Below, in pieces: positions 1 through 10,027 of a stretch of DNA of 64,000 bases. Position numbers and translations under genes: made by a program. This stretch comes from an uncultured Pseudomonadales bacterium (lineage in GTDB: Bacteria > Patescibacteriota > Microgenomatia > UBA1400 > PJMF01), in contig CAZEEV010000002.1 in NCBI GenBank assembly GCA_964511345.1, positions 136,863-200,862 of the forward strand, written 5' to 3'. Below the pieces are notes generated by a model, which had not been told where the DNA came from, made no database searches, and saw only the letters and a program-made list of their open reading frames with translations. Within the stretch, counting starts at the first letter, position 1. The number at the start of each line of letters is the position of its first letter.

Positions 1-3000
1 AAATAAAGTAGATCGTTGGCAATGTTCCAGGCATTTAAACCTAGAGTGGTGCTGAAAGTAGAACCAGTAAAACTGAAATTAACATCATTATCATTGCCAA
101 AATACAAAGGCCCATTGTCAGCCATATATAATGCACTGACTTTATTGGTTCCTCCAGAGTTAGAGTCACCAATTGGTTTACCATCGGCAGGATAAATATA
201 AGTACCAGCGTCGACCCAAAGAGAAGAGCCACCCGCTAAAAGATCTTTGGTAGTGCTGCCATTATAAAAATTAAGACTAGTGCCATCCCACCAGAGATCG
301 CCATTGTTTGGAGCAGTAGGATCAACACCTGCGGAAGAAGTCAAGTTCAGCTGAGCTTTACTACTAGTGGCCGCCGCTAAACCCAACAAAGCTCCTGGAG
401 TGGTGGTACCAATACCGACTCTAGAATTAAGGGTATCGAAAGACATTAGTCCAGATTCGATATTTAAAGCATTGACAGTGCCATTAAATAAATCAAAAGC
501 GCTTGCTTGATTAACCATCGAAAAAGTAGGGATACCACTATTCATATTAGTAAAAGCAAATTTAGCCGAAGCACTAGAAGTGCCACCAAGTAATAAATCT
601 AGAGTAGGATTATTAGAATAAAGTGTTCCAGCACTAGAATCCCAGAAAGAATCGCCACCACCAGAACCTATGTCTGCCCAATCGCCACCAGAACTCTTAT
701 ATTGCAGTGTGCCGGAATTGTCGCGAATTCCATAGCCAGTTGAACCGATAGTACCTCCCCAGTTGAGGTAACCACTAGCGGAGATATTAATATTGCCATT
801 AACGTCAAGTTTTGTAGCTGGCGTAGTTGTGCCTAAACCTATGTTCCCAGATTTAAAATAAATGCCATCTGTATTAGAAGGCCCGATAAATGATTCAGTA
901 GGCATTACTAAATTGCCAGTCATAGTATCGCCTGCTTTTTCAACAAAAGTGCCGTAACTTGGATTGTATATTCTTACACTTCCGCCTCTATATTCATAAA
1001 TTGGATGCAAATCTGTGACGAAAATGGAGTTAGTGCCGTAGACATATCCAAGATAAATATAAATTTTGCCGTCAGTAGTTGATGGCAAAGTTTGTGTATA
1101 CCAACTGGTAGATGAAGAGTCGTCTAGAGAATAGGTGCCGTCAGAATTAACCTCTGCGACAAGAAAGATTGGCTGATAGAGATTATATGGAGTAGTAGCT
1201 CCATCTTGATTAAAGTTATAGAGCATTTGAGTTGATGGGAATGGCGCATAAAAACTAGTGGAGGTACCATCCGCTAGAATTGTTGTTGTGGTGCCATACA
1301 TCAATATAGGACTATCAAGACGAAATGACTCTGTAGAAACAGTTTTAGTTGTTGCTGTTGTATCACCTATGGAAAATGGATAAAATTTTCCATTAGTACC
1401 AAAGGAACCAATTTTATATCTGGTTACATCGACGCCAACTTGAACATTACCTACGTATCTGACGCGATCATAAGTATCTGAGTCGGAAGTTCTCTGTGAA
1501 CCCATCATTTGAAAATAAGTGCCATCGTAATAGAGCAAAATGGTTCCACCTGCACCAAGCGTCATCGTGGTGGTAGAAGCGTTGGTAGTACCCAATCTAA
1601 TGTTGATGTTACCAGTAACGCCATTAATGTTTAAAGTTGGGCTATTAGCTGAGTTACCGTTTGTGAAAGTGATAGATAATAAATCGCCAGTGGTCAAGGT
1701 GTAATTGGAGATAGTAACTGTTTTAGCAGCTGTTGCCGCTGCGGTGCCAGATGTTCCACTAACAGTTACATTACGAATCACGCCAGTTGCCTTAATGTTG
1801 CCATTAACTTCAAGCGTTTCCGTTGGTGTTGTGGTGCCAATGCCAATTTTGCCAGCGTTATCTACAAACAATGCTTCAGTATTTCCAGCTCTAATACGAA
1901 GAGGAGAAACGGTTGAGCCAAGACCTGTCTGTAGATTAAATAAAGAGCCTGTGCCATTACTACTAGCGTCCGTAGTTAAGGAAAACAAATTGTCTGTACT
2001 TGTGCCAGTTGCCCAATTAAAAGTGGTGGTAAAGGTTTCATGATCAAGCACCAGATCATTATCTGGATCATTTAAGTTTGACCATACTGGATTCCCAGCA
2101 ATGCCTAAAACTGAATCAAAATCGGCAAGAACTCCTTGTACATTAGTGCTATCACTATTTACAAATTGATCATTCACACCAATTAAATAAGCTCCGCTAT
2201 CAGTGGGTGAACTAATTTCACCAAGAGCGGTGGTGTCACCGAATATTAGATTATTAGGACTAGAAATATAAACATTTCCAACGAGTGTAGTGTCGCCGGA
2301 AATACTAGCGTCACTTTGGATATCCAAAATGCCATCTCCATCTGGAGCTAAAATAATATCGCCATTGGAGCCAGCCGTAGTCTGAATGGTAATTTGATTA
2401 GCTTCGATGGTCATACCAGAACTGCTAGAAGCGGCTTTAATAACTGGATTGTCAGTGCCTAAAACTATTTCGCCGGCGCTGTTCATCATCAAGATAGTGC
2501 TATTAGAAGCAACTTCTGAAACTGGTAGGCCTTGCAGAGTAGCTGCGTTGAGCGCGTAGGCAACAGTGCGAATTGGTTGACGAGGAGCTAAAATTTCTGC
2601 GCCCACTGCTACTTCTAACCAAACATTGTTGTGTAGAGTGAAAACATCTTCACTAATGTTGCCACCACAGTTTTCATTATCAGCGCCAGTGCCAGCACCA
2701 GCACCCAAATTAGCATTAAAAATACCATCCTGATCTGGATCAATGGTACAAGTATTGGAAGCCCAAAGAATACTACCACCCGTTGCGTCATCATAAAGGG
2801 TATAATTCATGGCTGTTGGATCAGAAATAGGACTTTGAGCGGTGTTAGTCAAACGACCCTGGTAAGACAAAATGCGGTTGGGAGCAGTGGGTGTGCTGGG
2901 GTAAGCCAAAGAAATAATCGCTTGGCCAAATTGTTGGTAGGCAAAATAAGCAAGACCACCTAAGAATAAAAGCAGTGCTAAGACATTTAAGAGAATAAAT

Positions 3001-3659
3001 AAGCGACTCTGTGGCTTTTTGGGTTTCTTTGGTGCTTTTTTGTCGAGTGTAAGATTTTCAGCTGCTAATTTTTTCGGTGAAGCTTCGCTACCTTGGCCGA
3101 TGATTTCTCTATCGGAATGATCATTTTTCGTGTTGGCAGTGTCTGTTTCTTCAACAGGCTCAACTGGCAACAAAGGAATTTCAGAATTAATCAGGCCTTG
3201 TTGTTTAAGCCAAATTTTAAACTGCGTAATACTGATTAACTTTCGCTTAATACTATTTTCTTTGAGACCCTTTTCTCTCTGGTAGTGAGCAAAAGCAAGC
3301 AATTTGGGTTTATTTCTCAAATCATTGAGATTGTCACTGTCAGCAAAATCCAAAAATTGATTGATATCACTTCTGTAATTGCGGATGGTTGATGATGAGC
3401 AGCCAGTCTTTGCCACTGCCAAAAGGTATGCCTTGAGATGCTTTTGGACATCATTTGATGTCTTTTTCAGCTCAGATTCTACATTTTGGGTTTTTTGAAT
3501 CTGCGATGACCCTGTTTTAGTCTCGAAAGTCTCGAACAACTCTTTGCCAAAACGCAAAAAGCCATTTCCGTTGGAATCGGAGTGAAGCGGAAAGCTGGGT
3601 TTGGGTATTTTGGCAGGCATTTTAAACCGGTTTGTTTTTTGCTGTCTAATCCAGATCAT
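1..3659 (-). CDS. Giant surface/adhesin-like protein, 5' part only (runs off the window start; more than 1200 codons inside the window). The N-terminal cytoplasmic domain resembles a recombinase SAM-like core-binding domain; it is followed by one TM helix and a very long Gly/Thr/Ser/Asn-rich extracellular region with repeated (V/I)GIGTTTP...L(D/E)VNGNI fibre-like motifs.
   Basis: I translated the minus strand by hand from ATG at 3659 (alternative ATG at 3620) down to position 1 and met no stop. It is absent from the ORF track because it is edge-truncated. N-terminus: ...KAYLLAVAKTGCSSSTIRNYRSDINQFLDF...LLAFAHYQREKGLKENSIKRKLISITQFKIWLKQQGLI. TM helix: LFILLNVLALLLFLGGLAYFAY. The repeat motif IGIGTTTPTETLEVNGNIKATG occurs at least three times. 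Confidence 0.8.
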   Translation of the reverse strand, partial: MIWIRQQKTNRFKMPAKIPKPSFPLHSDSNGNGFLRFGKELFETFETKTGSSQIQKTQNVESELKKTSNDVQKHLKAYLLAVAKTGCSSSTIRNYRSDINQFLDFADSDNLNDLRNKPKLLAFAHYQREKGLKENSIKRKLISITQFKIWLKQQGLINSEIPLLPVEPVEETDTANTKNDHSDREIIGQGSEASPKKLAAENLTLDKKAPKKPKKPQSRLFILLNVLALLLFLGGLAYFAYQQFGQAIISLAYPSTPTAPNRILSYQGRLTNTAQSPISDPTAMNYTLYDDATGGSILWASNTCTIDPDQDGIFNANLGAGAGTGADNENCGGNISEDVFTLHNNVWLEVAVGAEILAPRQPIRTVAYALNAATLQGLPVSEVASNSTILMMNSAGEIVLGTDNPVIKAASSSSGMTIEANQITIQTTAGSNGDIILAPDGDGILDIQSDASISGDTTLVGNVYISSPNNLIFGDTTALGEISSPTDSGAYLIGVNDQFVNSDSTNVQGVLADFDSVLGIAGNPVWSNLNDPDNDLVLDHETFTTTFNWATGTSTDNLFSLTTDASSNGTGSLFNLQTGLGSTVSPLRIRAGNTEALFVDNAGKIGIGTTTPTETLEVNGNIKATGVIRNVTVSGTSGTAAATAAKTVTISNYTLTTGDLLSITFTNGNSANSPTLNINGVTGNINIRLGTTNASTTTMTLGAGGTILLYYDGTYFQMMGSQRTSDSDTYDRVRYVGNVQVGVDVTRYKIGSFGTNGKFYPFSIGDTTATTKTVSTESFRLDSPILMYGTTTTILADGTSTSFYAPFPSTQMLYNFNQDGATTPYNLYQPIFLVAEVNSDGTYSLDDSSSTSWYTQTLPSTTDGKIYIYLGYVYGTNSIFVTDLHPIYEYRGGSVRIYNPSYGTFVEKAGDTMTGNLVMPTESFIGPSNTDGIYFKSGNIGLGTTTPATKLDVNGNINISASGYLNWGGTIGSTGYGIRDNSGTLQYKSSGGDWADIGSGGGDSFWDSSAGTLYSNNPTLDLLLGGTSSASAKFAFTNMNSGIPTFSMVNQASAFDLFNGTVNALNIESGLMSFDTLNSRVGIGTTTPGALLGLAAATSSKAQLNLTSSAGVDPTAPNNGDLWWDGTSLNFYNGSTTKDLLAGGSSLWVDAGTYIYPADGKPIGDSNSGGTNKVSALYMADNGPLYFGNDNDVNFSFTGSTFSTTLGLNAWNIANDLLY

Positions 3660-4167
3660 TAGACAGTCTTTTTAGCGCTTTTTTGTTAACATTTACCAGT
3701 CTAGAGATTAGTTGAGGAAGGATCAAGAGGGTAGTTTTTTTCGGGTTTTTGTTTTAGACAAAAAATATTTTTACTCGAGAAAATATTTATTTATTCCTTT
3801 TTGACTTTTCACGGGTTTTCATTATTTTCAAAATCGATCCTAATAGATCAAACCAGGCTTTACCTCAGAAGATATCTTTCCTTCAGGTTTAAACTTATCC
3901 ACAGTTTTAACACTTGTGAATTAACTTAGTTTTTGTGTATTATGTGAAGTGAAAACTAAAAATACGGGTTTAAATTGGTTTTTAAATTAAGAAAAATACC
4001 ACTTTAGATCTGGAAATTTAAAATGAAAAGTTTTCATGCCACAATTTAAGAAAACCTAATTTAGGGCTTTGGGTATATTTAGCTGTGGAAAACTTAAATT
4101 TAAAAATTAAATTGTTGCTTTAATATTTTAGTAAATTATGCGTTTTTTGTAGTAAAAAGATTGATTT

Positions 4168-4911
4168 ATGAAAGAAAATAATAAAAAAATTTTGCTTTTT
4201 TTGTATCCTAGCAAAAATGAACCAATTTGGTTGGATTTGAATGGATTACATGATCTGTTACCACATTTAAGCTTAGCTGGCTTGCAGTCAGCGCTTTTTC
4301 TGTTAGATAAAAAAGAGCTGTTACGCATTGATAAAACTCAAGCGAAGTGGCGTTATAGCTTGAGTTCTTATGGTCAAAGCTATTTAGAAGAGTTATTTCC
4401 GGCTCTTTGTGAGAGTAATGAAAAATGGCAAGGTGATTGGTCAGTGATCATCTTTTTGGAAGCTCCCAAAAGCGATAAAAACTTTCGTTATTTACGCTCT
4501 TACTTGACTCAAAACAAGGCAATTGCCCTCACGAGAGCAGTCTATCTTTATCCTGGGTTACCTAGTGAAAAAATCCATACTGATCTACAGAACTCTTATA
4601 AAAATGCAGTTTTAGTGATGAAAGTTTCAAAATGGTTGTTTGGCGACGACTTCAAAGTTATAGGACAAAAGGCTCAGCTCAATGACTTGTTTGAGCTCTA
4701 CTCAAGTATTAGCAAAGAGCTTGACCGACTGATAAGTATTAAGTCGAATCAAAAAGAGTTTACTCAGCAAGAAAAAATCAATTTTTTTTCGGTTTTAAGT
4801 CGATTTTTAGGGGTTTTGGAGATCGACACCGCTTTATTAAGATTATATTTCCCTCAAGTAGAGAGTGCTAAAAAATTGCTCAGCAAGTTTCAAAATGGCT
4901 TAAGAATATAG
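4168..4911 (+). CDS. Hypothetical protein (possible winged-helix regulator-like). It is divergent from the giant surface-protein gene.
   Basis: Complete 247-aa ORF with no recognisable catalytic motif. It sits between two AT-rich spacers of about 500 bp each. Confidence 0.5.
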   Translation: MKENNKKILLFLYPSKNEPIWLDLNGLHDLLPHLSLAGLQSALFLLDKKELLRIDKTQAKWRYSLSSYGQSYLEELFPALCESNEKWQGDWSVIIFLEAPKSDKNFRYLRSYLTQNKAIALTRAVYLYPGLPSEKIHTDLQNSYKNAVLVMKVSKWLFGDDFKVIGQKAQLNDLFELYSSISKELDRLISIKSNQKEFTQQEKINFFSVLSRFLGVLEIDTALLRLYFPQVESAKKLLSKFQNGLRI

Positions 4912-5431
4912 GATTTTCGGTTTATTTTTGGTTATTTATTAGATTTTAGCCTGGTGATATCAGGCAAACTAAATAAATTACTAAGAAAAAATCCTTTATG
5001 CTCGACTTATTCACAAGCTTTCGTTTTCCGTTCGGTCAAAAAACCAAAACAATTTAAGTTTTGGGTCAAAGATTTTTTTAGAAAACCCAAACTAAAAAAT
5101 CATAGAAGGATATATTTATAATCAAGAATGATGTTTTTCGTGAATATGCTTGCCAGATATTGCGTCAATAAAGCGTTAAAAATGCAATAAAAAACTTTTG
5201 GGGCTAACTTATTGTACTTTGGAAAAACTTTGGGTAAAAATCCAGAAGGAGATGCATCTTAGCAACCGAAAGAGTACAAAAACATAAAAAATGATCTTTT
5301 ACCCAATTCGTCTTTGTTTCGTTAGCGTTTTTTATAATTTTTTGCTCAAAACGGGCGAGAGAGTACAAAGTTATAGGACTATATTTTTGCCTCGTTCATA
5401 TTCTCTTTAAATCTGTAGTAAAATAACTTTC

Positions 5432-7873
5432 ATGGCAGACAAATATGATCACCAAAAAGTAGAAGAAAAGTGGCTCCAGAAATGGGAAGAAGCTCGTTTA
5501 TTTTGTGACACTAATTTGAATTTGTCTGATGACGAAGTTAAAAATAAAGAATATTTACTTTATGCCTTCGCTTATCCTTCTGGATCTGGTTTGCATGTCG
5601 GTCATGTTGAGCCAAAAACGGCTTTAGATATTCAAGCTAGATTCAAACGCATGACCGGTAAAAAAGTTTTTTTTCCAGTTGGTTGGGATGCTTTTGGCTT
5701 GCCAGCAGAGAATTACGCTATTAAAACTGGTATTCACCCAAGGGAAACTACTAAGACCGCCATTAATACTTTCCGCCGCCAAGTCAAAAGACTAGGTATT
5801 TCTTATGATTGGAGCCAGGAAATTGCCACCAACCATCCGGAGTATTACAAATGGACACAATGGATTTTTGAGCAACTTTATCGCAAAGGTTTAGCTTATC
5901 AGGGCGAGGGGAAAGTCAATTGGTGTCCATCTTGCCAGACGGTTTTAGCCAACGAACAAGTCGTGAATGGTTTATGCGAGCGTTGTGACAGTGAGGTGAT
6001 TCAAAAAGATCTCAAGCAATGGTATTTCAAGATTACTCAATATCAAGATGAATTAATTGATGGTCTTAAGGGAGTTGATTGGCCCGCGCCAACAAAGAGT
6101 CAGCAAATCAATTGGATTGGTCGTAGTGAAGGAGCAGAAGTTGATTTTGCTATCAAAGATACTACGGAAAAATTAACTATCTTTACCACGCGCTTAGACA
6201 CGATCTTTGGAGCGACCTTTATGGTGATCTCTCCAGAGAAATTTGACCAAAAAAAATTACTCAATTTTGTCAAAAAAGAAAATCAGCAACAGGTTCAAGA
6301 CTATATTACGCAGGCTTATAAAAAAACCGAGGAAACTCGCAAAATCGGCGAAAAAGATAAATCCGGCGTCGATACAGGACTTCTAATTATCAATCCCTTC
6401 AATCAAGAGGAAATTCCTTTATTTGTAGCCGACTATGTGCTCGGTGGTTATGGTACTGGAGCAATTATGGCCGTACCAGCTCACGATGAGAGAGATTTGG
6501 CTTTTGCTAAAAAATTCAACTTAGCAGTCAAAGAGGTGGTAGTCGATGGTTGTTTAATCAATTCAGTTGCTTACAATGGTTTGACCAGTCAGCAAGCGGT
6601 CAAACAAATGATTGCTGATTTCCCTAAAGTAGCAAGACTTAGTATTAACTATAGATTGCGCGATTGGCTGATTTCCCGTCAGCGTTATTGGGGAGCACCA
6701 ATTCCAGTAGTTTATGATCCAGAGGGCCAAGCTCATTTAGTTAAAGAAGAGCATCTGCCTTGGATGCTACCAGATGATGTTGATTTCAAACCAACTGGTG
6801 AATCGCCACTAAAATCATCCAAAGAATTTAAGGCCAGAGTAGAGAAATTGTATGGTCCAGGTTGGACTCCAGAGTACGACACTATGGATACTTTTGTTGA
6901 TTCCAGTTGGTATTATATGAGATATTGCAGTGCTAGAAACAGCCAACAATTTTCTGATCAAAAAACCCTTAAGACTTGGATGCCAGTTGATTTTTATCTC
7001 ATTGGCCCAGAGCATATTGTTTTACATTTACTTTATTCGAGATTTTTCACCAAATTTTTGCGCGATGAAGGTTACATAGATTTACCATCTGGCGAGCCTT
7101 TTGCTAAAATGCGTCATCAGGGAATGATCCTTGGACCCGATGGTCGCAAAATGAGTAAAAGCAAGGGCAACGTCATTAATCCTGATGAAATTATCAAGGA
7201 ATATGGTGCTGATACCCTGAGGGTGTATGAGATGTTTATGGGTCCACTTGACGCCGATAAGCCTTGGAATCCACGTGCTGTGGCTGGGGTAGCCAGATTT
7301 TTGCGCAAAATTTATCGTTTGATTGGTCGAGAAATTGATCGTCAAAAACAAGTTTTGCCACTTTCTACCGATAGAAAAGAGTTGGTGCAGAAATTGCATT
7401 GGGCGATTCAGAAATTAAGTAATGATTTACCAGAGTTTAAATACAATACTGCAATTGCTGCCTTGATGGAGCTCAGCAATGTTTTTGAAAAATTAGATCA
7501 AGAGCAGACAACTCTTTTAACCAGAGATGAATTGATCGACATGATTAAGCTTTTAGCTCCTTTGGCACCATTTATTGCCGAAGAACTTTACAATCAAGCC
7601 AAAGTTTTACCAGGTGAATGCAAGGATTCAGTGCATTTAGAATCTTGGCCGAAATATGATGAAGCGCTTTTGCAAAAAGAAGAAACTTGTTTTGTCGTGC
7701 AGGTGAACGGTAAAGTGCGTGGCGAGTTCATGTGGACAACTAATCGTTTGACAGAAAAAGAAGCCATTATTGCGCACGCTAAGGGCTTAGACAGCATTGA
7801 CAAATGGCTCAATGGTCAAACAATTAAGAAAGAAATCTACGTTCCTGGGAAAATTGTTAATTTAGTAATTTAA
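5432..7873 (+). CDS. leuS: Leucyl-tRNA synthetase
   Basis: 813 aa. HIGH-type motif (HVGHV) near the N-terminus, a KMSKS motif, and overall class I LeuRS architecture. Confidence 0.95.
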   Translation: MADKYDHQKVEEKWLQKWEEARLFCDTNLNLSDDEVKNKEYLLYAFAYPSGSGLHVGHVEPKTALDIQARFKRMTGKKVFFPVGWDAFGLPAENYAIKTGIHPRETTKTAINTFRRQVKRLGISYDWSQEIATNHPEYYKWTQWIFEQLYRKGLAYQGEGKVNWCPSCQTVLANEQVVNGLCERCDSEVIQKDLKQWYFKITQYQDELIDGLKGVDWPAPTKSQQINWIGRSEGAEVDFAIKDTTEKLTIFTTRLDTIFGATFMVISPEKFDQKKLLNFVKKENQQQVQDYITQAYKKTEETRKIGEKDKSGVDTGLLIINPFNQEEIPLFVADYVLGGYGTGAIMAVPAHDERDLAFAKKFNLAVKEVVVDGCLINSVAYNGLTSQQAVKQMIADFPKVARLSINYRLRDWLISRQRYWGAPIPVVYDPEGQAHLVKEEHLPWMLPDDVDFKPTGESPLKSSKEFKARVEKLYGPGWTPEYDTMDTFVDSSWYYMRYCSARNSQQFSDQKTLKTWMPVDFYLIGPEHIVLHLLYSRFFTKFLRDEGYIDLPSGEPFAKMRHQGMILGPDGRKMSKSKGNVINPDEIIKEYGADTLRVYEMFMGPLDADKPWNPRAVAGVARFLRKIYRLIGREIDRQKQVLPLSTDRKELVQKLHWAIQKLSNDLPEFKYNTAIAALMELSNVFEKLDQEQTTLLTRDELIDMIKLLAPLAPFIAEELYNQAKVLPGECKDSVHLESWPKYDEALLQKEETCFVVQVNGKVRGEFMWTTNRLTEKEAIIAHAKGLDSIDKWLNGQTIKKEIYVPGKIVNLVI

Positions 7874-7922
7874 ATTCACATCAATCACACTTCTTGTTAC
7901 CTAGACCTTAGATAATGGACGC

Positions 7923-8549
7923 ATGTCCAAGAAGTCTAAATTGCTAGCTTTTATCAGTATTTTTTTGCCAGTTGTATTGATGACTTTTGGTCTTATTGTC
8001 GCCAGTATTGCCCTTAAAAAATTAACGGCCAGTTCCGAAACTCTGCAGTGTTTTTGTCCTTCGTGTCCAGAGACAGCTTTTGCTGAGAAAGGCGCTGCTA
8101 GTTTAGGTCTGATTAAGGTTGATATCGAAGGTGCAGTCAAAAAACCGGGGATTTATCAATTGGAAATTGGGCAGCGACTAGCTGATTTGGTTGCCTCAGC
8201 TTCTGGTTTTACTAAAGACGCGGATGCGATTTTTATTTCCAAAAGCCTTAATTTGGCAACTGAACTCAAGGATCAGGATAAAATCTATATCCCCTTTACA
8301 GTCGAAGAAACTCTCAAAGCAAGTACTGCCAGTGGCAATAGCAATATTGTTCAGCTAGCAGAAAATCCCAGCTTGATTTCAATCAATCAGGCTAGCTTAA
8401 GTGAATTGCAGACCCTCTCTGGCATTGGAGCAGTCAAAGCTCAAGGTATTGTTGACAATCGCCCTTACAGTAACTTAGATGACCTGGTGAGCAAAAAGGT
8501 GATTTCTGAGAATTTACTTAATGATTTACGAGCCCAATTGTCCTTATAG
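7923..8549 (+). CDS. comEA: Competence protein ComEA (DNA receptor): N-terminal TM anchor, SLBB-like middle region and C-terminal helix-hairpin-helix.
   Basis: N-terminal hydrophobic helix. C-terminal SINQASLSELQTLSGIGAVKAQGIVDNRPYSNLDDL is a typical ComEA HhH. Confidence 0.85.
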   Translation: MSKKSKLLAFISIFLPVVLMTFGLIVASIALKKLTASSETLQCFCPSCPETAFAEKGAASLGLIKVDIEGAVKKPGIYQLEIGQRLADLVASASGFTKDADAIFISKSLNLATELKDQDKIYIPFTVEETLKASTASGNSNIVQLAENPSLISINQASLSELQTLSGIGAVKAQGIVDNRPYSNLDDLVSKKVISENLLNDLRAQLSL

Positions 8550-8683
8550 TTATAGGACTTTGTGTCGTCATTTTTGTTTAGCAATTTTTAGTTTTGTTTT
8601 TGAAAAAGAAGTGTTAATGATTGGGTTTTAAGAAGTTTTAAGAGTTTTTAGAGCAACTCATTGCTTTCGCATCAAAAGGACTA

Positions 8684-10027
8684 ATGACTTATAAGCATTT
8701 TAAGAAAATACAACTTTATATATTGATACTTTTAGCATGTTTTATATTTACGAAAAACTTTCAAATAATATTAAAGACCCGAAGTAAGATCGAACTAGAT
8801 CAGAAATGGCAGTTTTTTGCCATTTTTTCCAAAAAAAATGCTCAAAACGAAATAAATCCGAAACTAAGCAAGCTTTTGACAGCTTTTCCGCCTAGTAGGC
8901 CATTGGTTTCGCTAATTCAAAGCAACTATATCAAAGAAAAACAGACCAAATCATCTAGCAGTCGAACAGAGGCCACTGATAAGGGAATTTTCAAAGCAAA
9001 AAAGCTGATAGATGAATCTATTAGTTCATTAAGTAAGATGGCTGTTTCGGTTAAATATCGCCATTTACTTAGTCAAAAACAACTAGATGTGCAACGTAAA
9101 CTTTACCTCGAGAGACTTGAGGGAGTAGTTGGGACTAGAGGTAGACCTCTGGTCGAAGGTATGCTTTTTGGCGATCTCTCTGGCATCAGTCAAGAGACAT
9201 ATCACTCTTTTAAAGTTATTGGGATATTACACATTTTATCAGCTTCCTCAGCTAATTTCACCATTTTTTTACAGTTTTTACTATTTTTTTTACAACCATT
9301 GTCGTCTCACTTGACTAAAAAGGGTCTTTTTTGCTTGAATTTTGCCATTATTTTCCTATATTTCTCTCTGGTAGGTTCTTCAGCGTCAACTTTGAGGGCT
9401 TTTTTGAGTCTTACTTTGAGTTTTTTCGCCATTTTTGTCCTCAAACGCACTCATTTATCTCTTTTTAATTTATATTTAGTAGCTATTTATATGCTAATCA
9501 TCAATCCTTTTTATTTAGACTCGCTTAGTTTCCAGTTCTCATTTCTGGCTAGCTATGGGATTATCTTTTTATATGGTTATTTAGAAAAAGAGCCATTTAT
9601 CAATAAAAATATCTTGTTTAAAAATATATTATTAACTGTTTGCGCACAATTTTTTCTATTAGCGATCATGATTTCCAGATTCGGAGAATTAAATTACCTG
9701 GCGATTCCTGCCAATCTTTTAGTTTTACCTCTGGTAGAGTTGTTAACCATTCTGTTTTTAGCTTCATTTATCTGTCTTTTTCTTTCAAGTATTCTGCCCA
9801 TGGCTTTTTTTGAATCTTTTTTATCATTTTTGATTAATAAAGTCATTGATATATTGTTTTTTTTGATTGATATCTTGGAAAGACTTCCCTGGAAAAGTAT
9901 TATTTTCAAAACAAATAAAGAACTATATACCGCTATATTTATACTAATCAATTTTCTAGTCATTGGAGGTATTTTTGTACTCAAAAATAAAAAGTACTCA
10001 AAAAACCAATATAGGATATTCAAGTGA
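8684..10027 (+). CDS. comEC: ComEC/Rec2 N-terminal part: polytopic membrane competence domain.
   Basis: Polytopic membrane protein. LFGDLSGISQETYHSFKVIGILHILSASSANF matches the ComEC competence-domain signature. It ends at a TGA that overlaps the GTG start of the next ORF. Confidence 0.8.
   Translation: MTYKHFKKIQLYILILLACFIFTKNFQIILKTRSKIELDQKWQFFAIFSKKNAQNEINPKLSKLLTAFPPSRPLVSLIQSNYIKEKQTKSSSSRTEATDKGIFKAKKLIDESISSLSKMAVSVKYRHLLSQKQLDVQRKLYLERLEGVVGTRGRPLVEGMLFGDLSGISQETYHSFKVIGILHILSASSANFTIFLQFLLFFLQPLSSHLTKKGLFCLNFAIIFLYFSLVGSSASTLRAFLSLTLSFFAIFVLKRTHLSLFNLYLVAIYMLIINPFYLDSLSFQFSFLASYGIIFLYGYLEKEPFINKNILFKNILLTVCAQFFLLAIMISRFGELNYLAIPANLLVLPLVELLTILFLASFICLFLSSILPMAFFESFLSFLINKVIDILFFLIDILERLPWKSIIFKTNKELYTAIFILINFLVIGGIFVLKNKKYSKNQYRIFK

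Noticed and set aside
1705-2043. Track ORF 1705..2043 (+) and other short internal ORFs listed by the track (6815-7015, 7082-7399, 7594-7812, 28218-28421, 29438-29704, 35681-35881, 36066-36354, 37534-38034, 39955-40512, 45000-45197, 48839-49450, 53427-54725, 56586-56822, 57844-58409, 58606-58866, 62214-62438, 62828-63010)
   Set aside because: All are embedded in, mostly antisense to, long conserved genes with clear homology. They show no independent support.
4912-5431. Possible T-box riboswitch upstream of leuS
   Set aside because: No T-box consensus (AGGGTGGNACCGCG), specifier-loop or terminator architecture could be found in the 520-bp leader.
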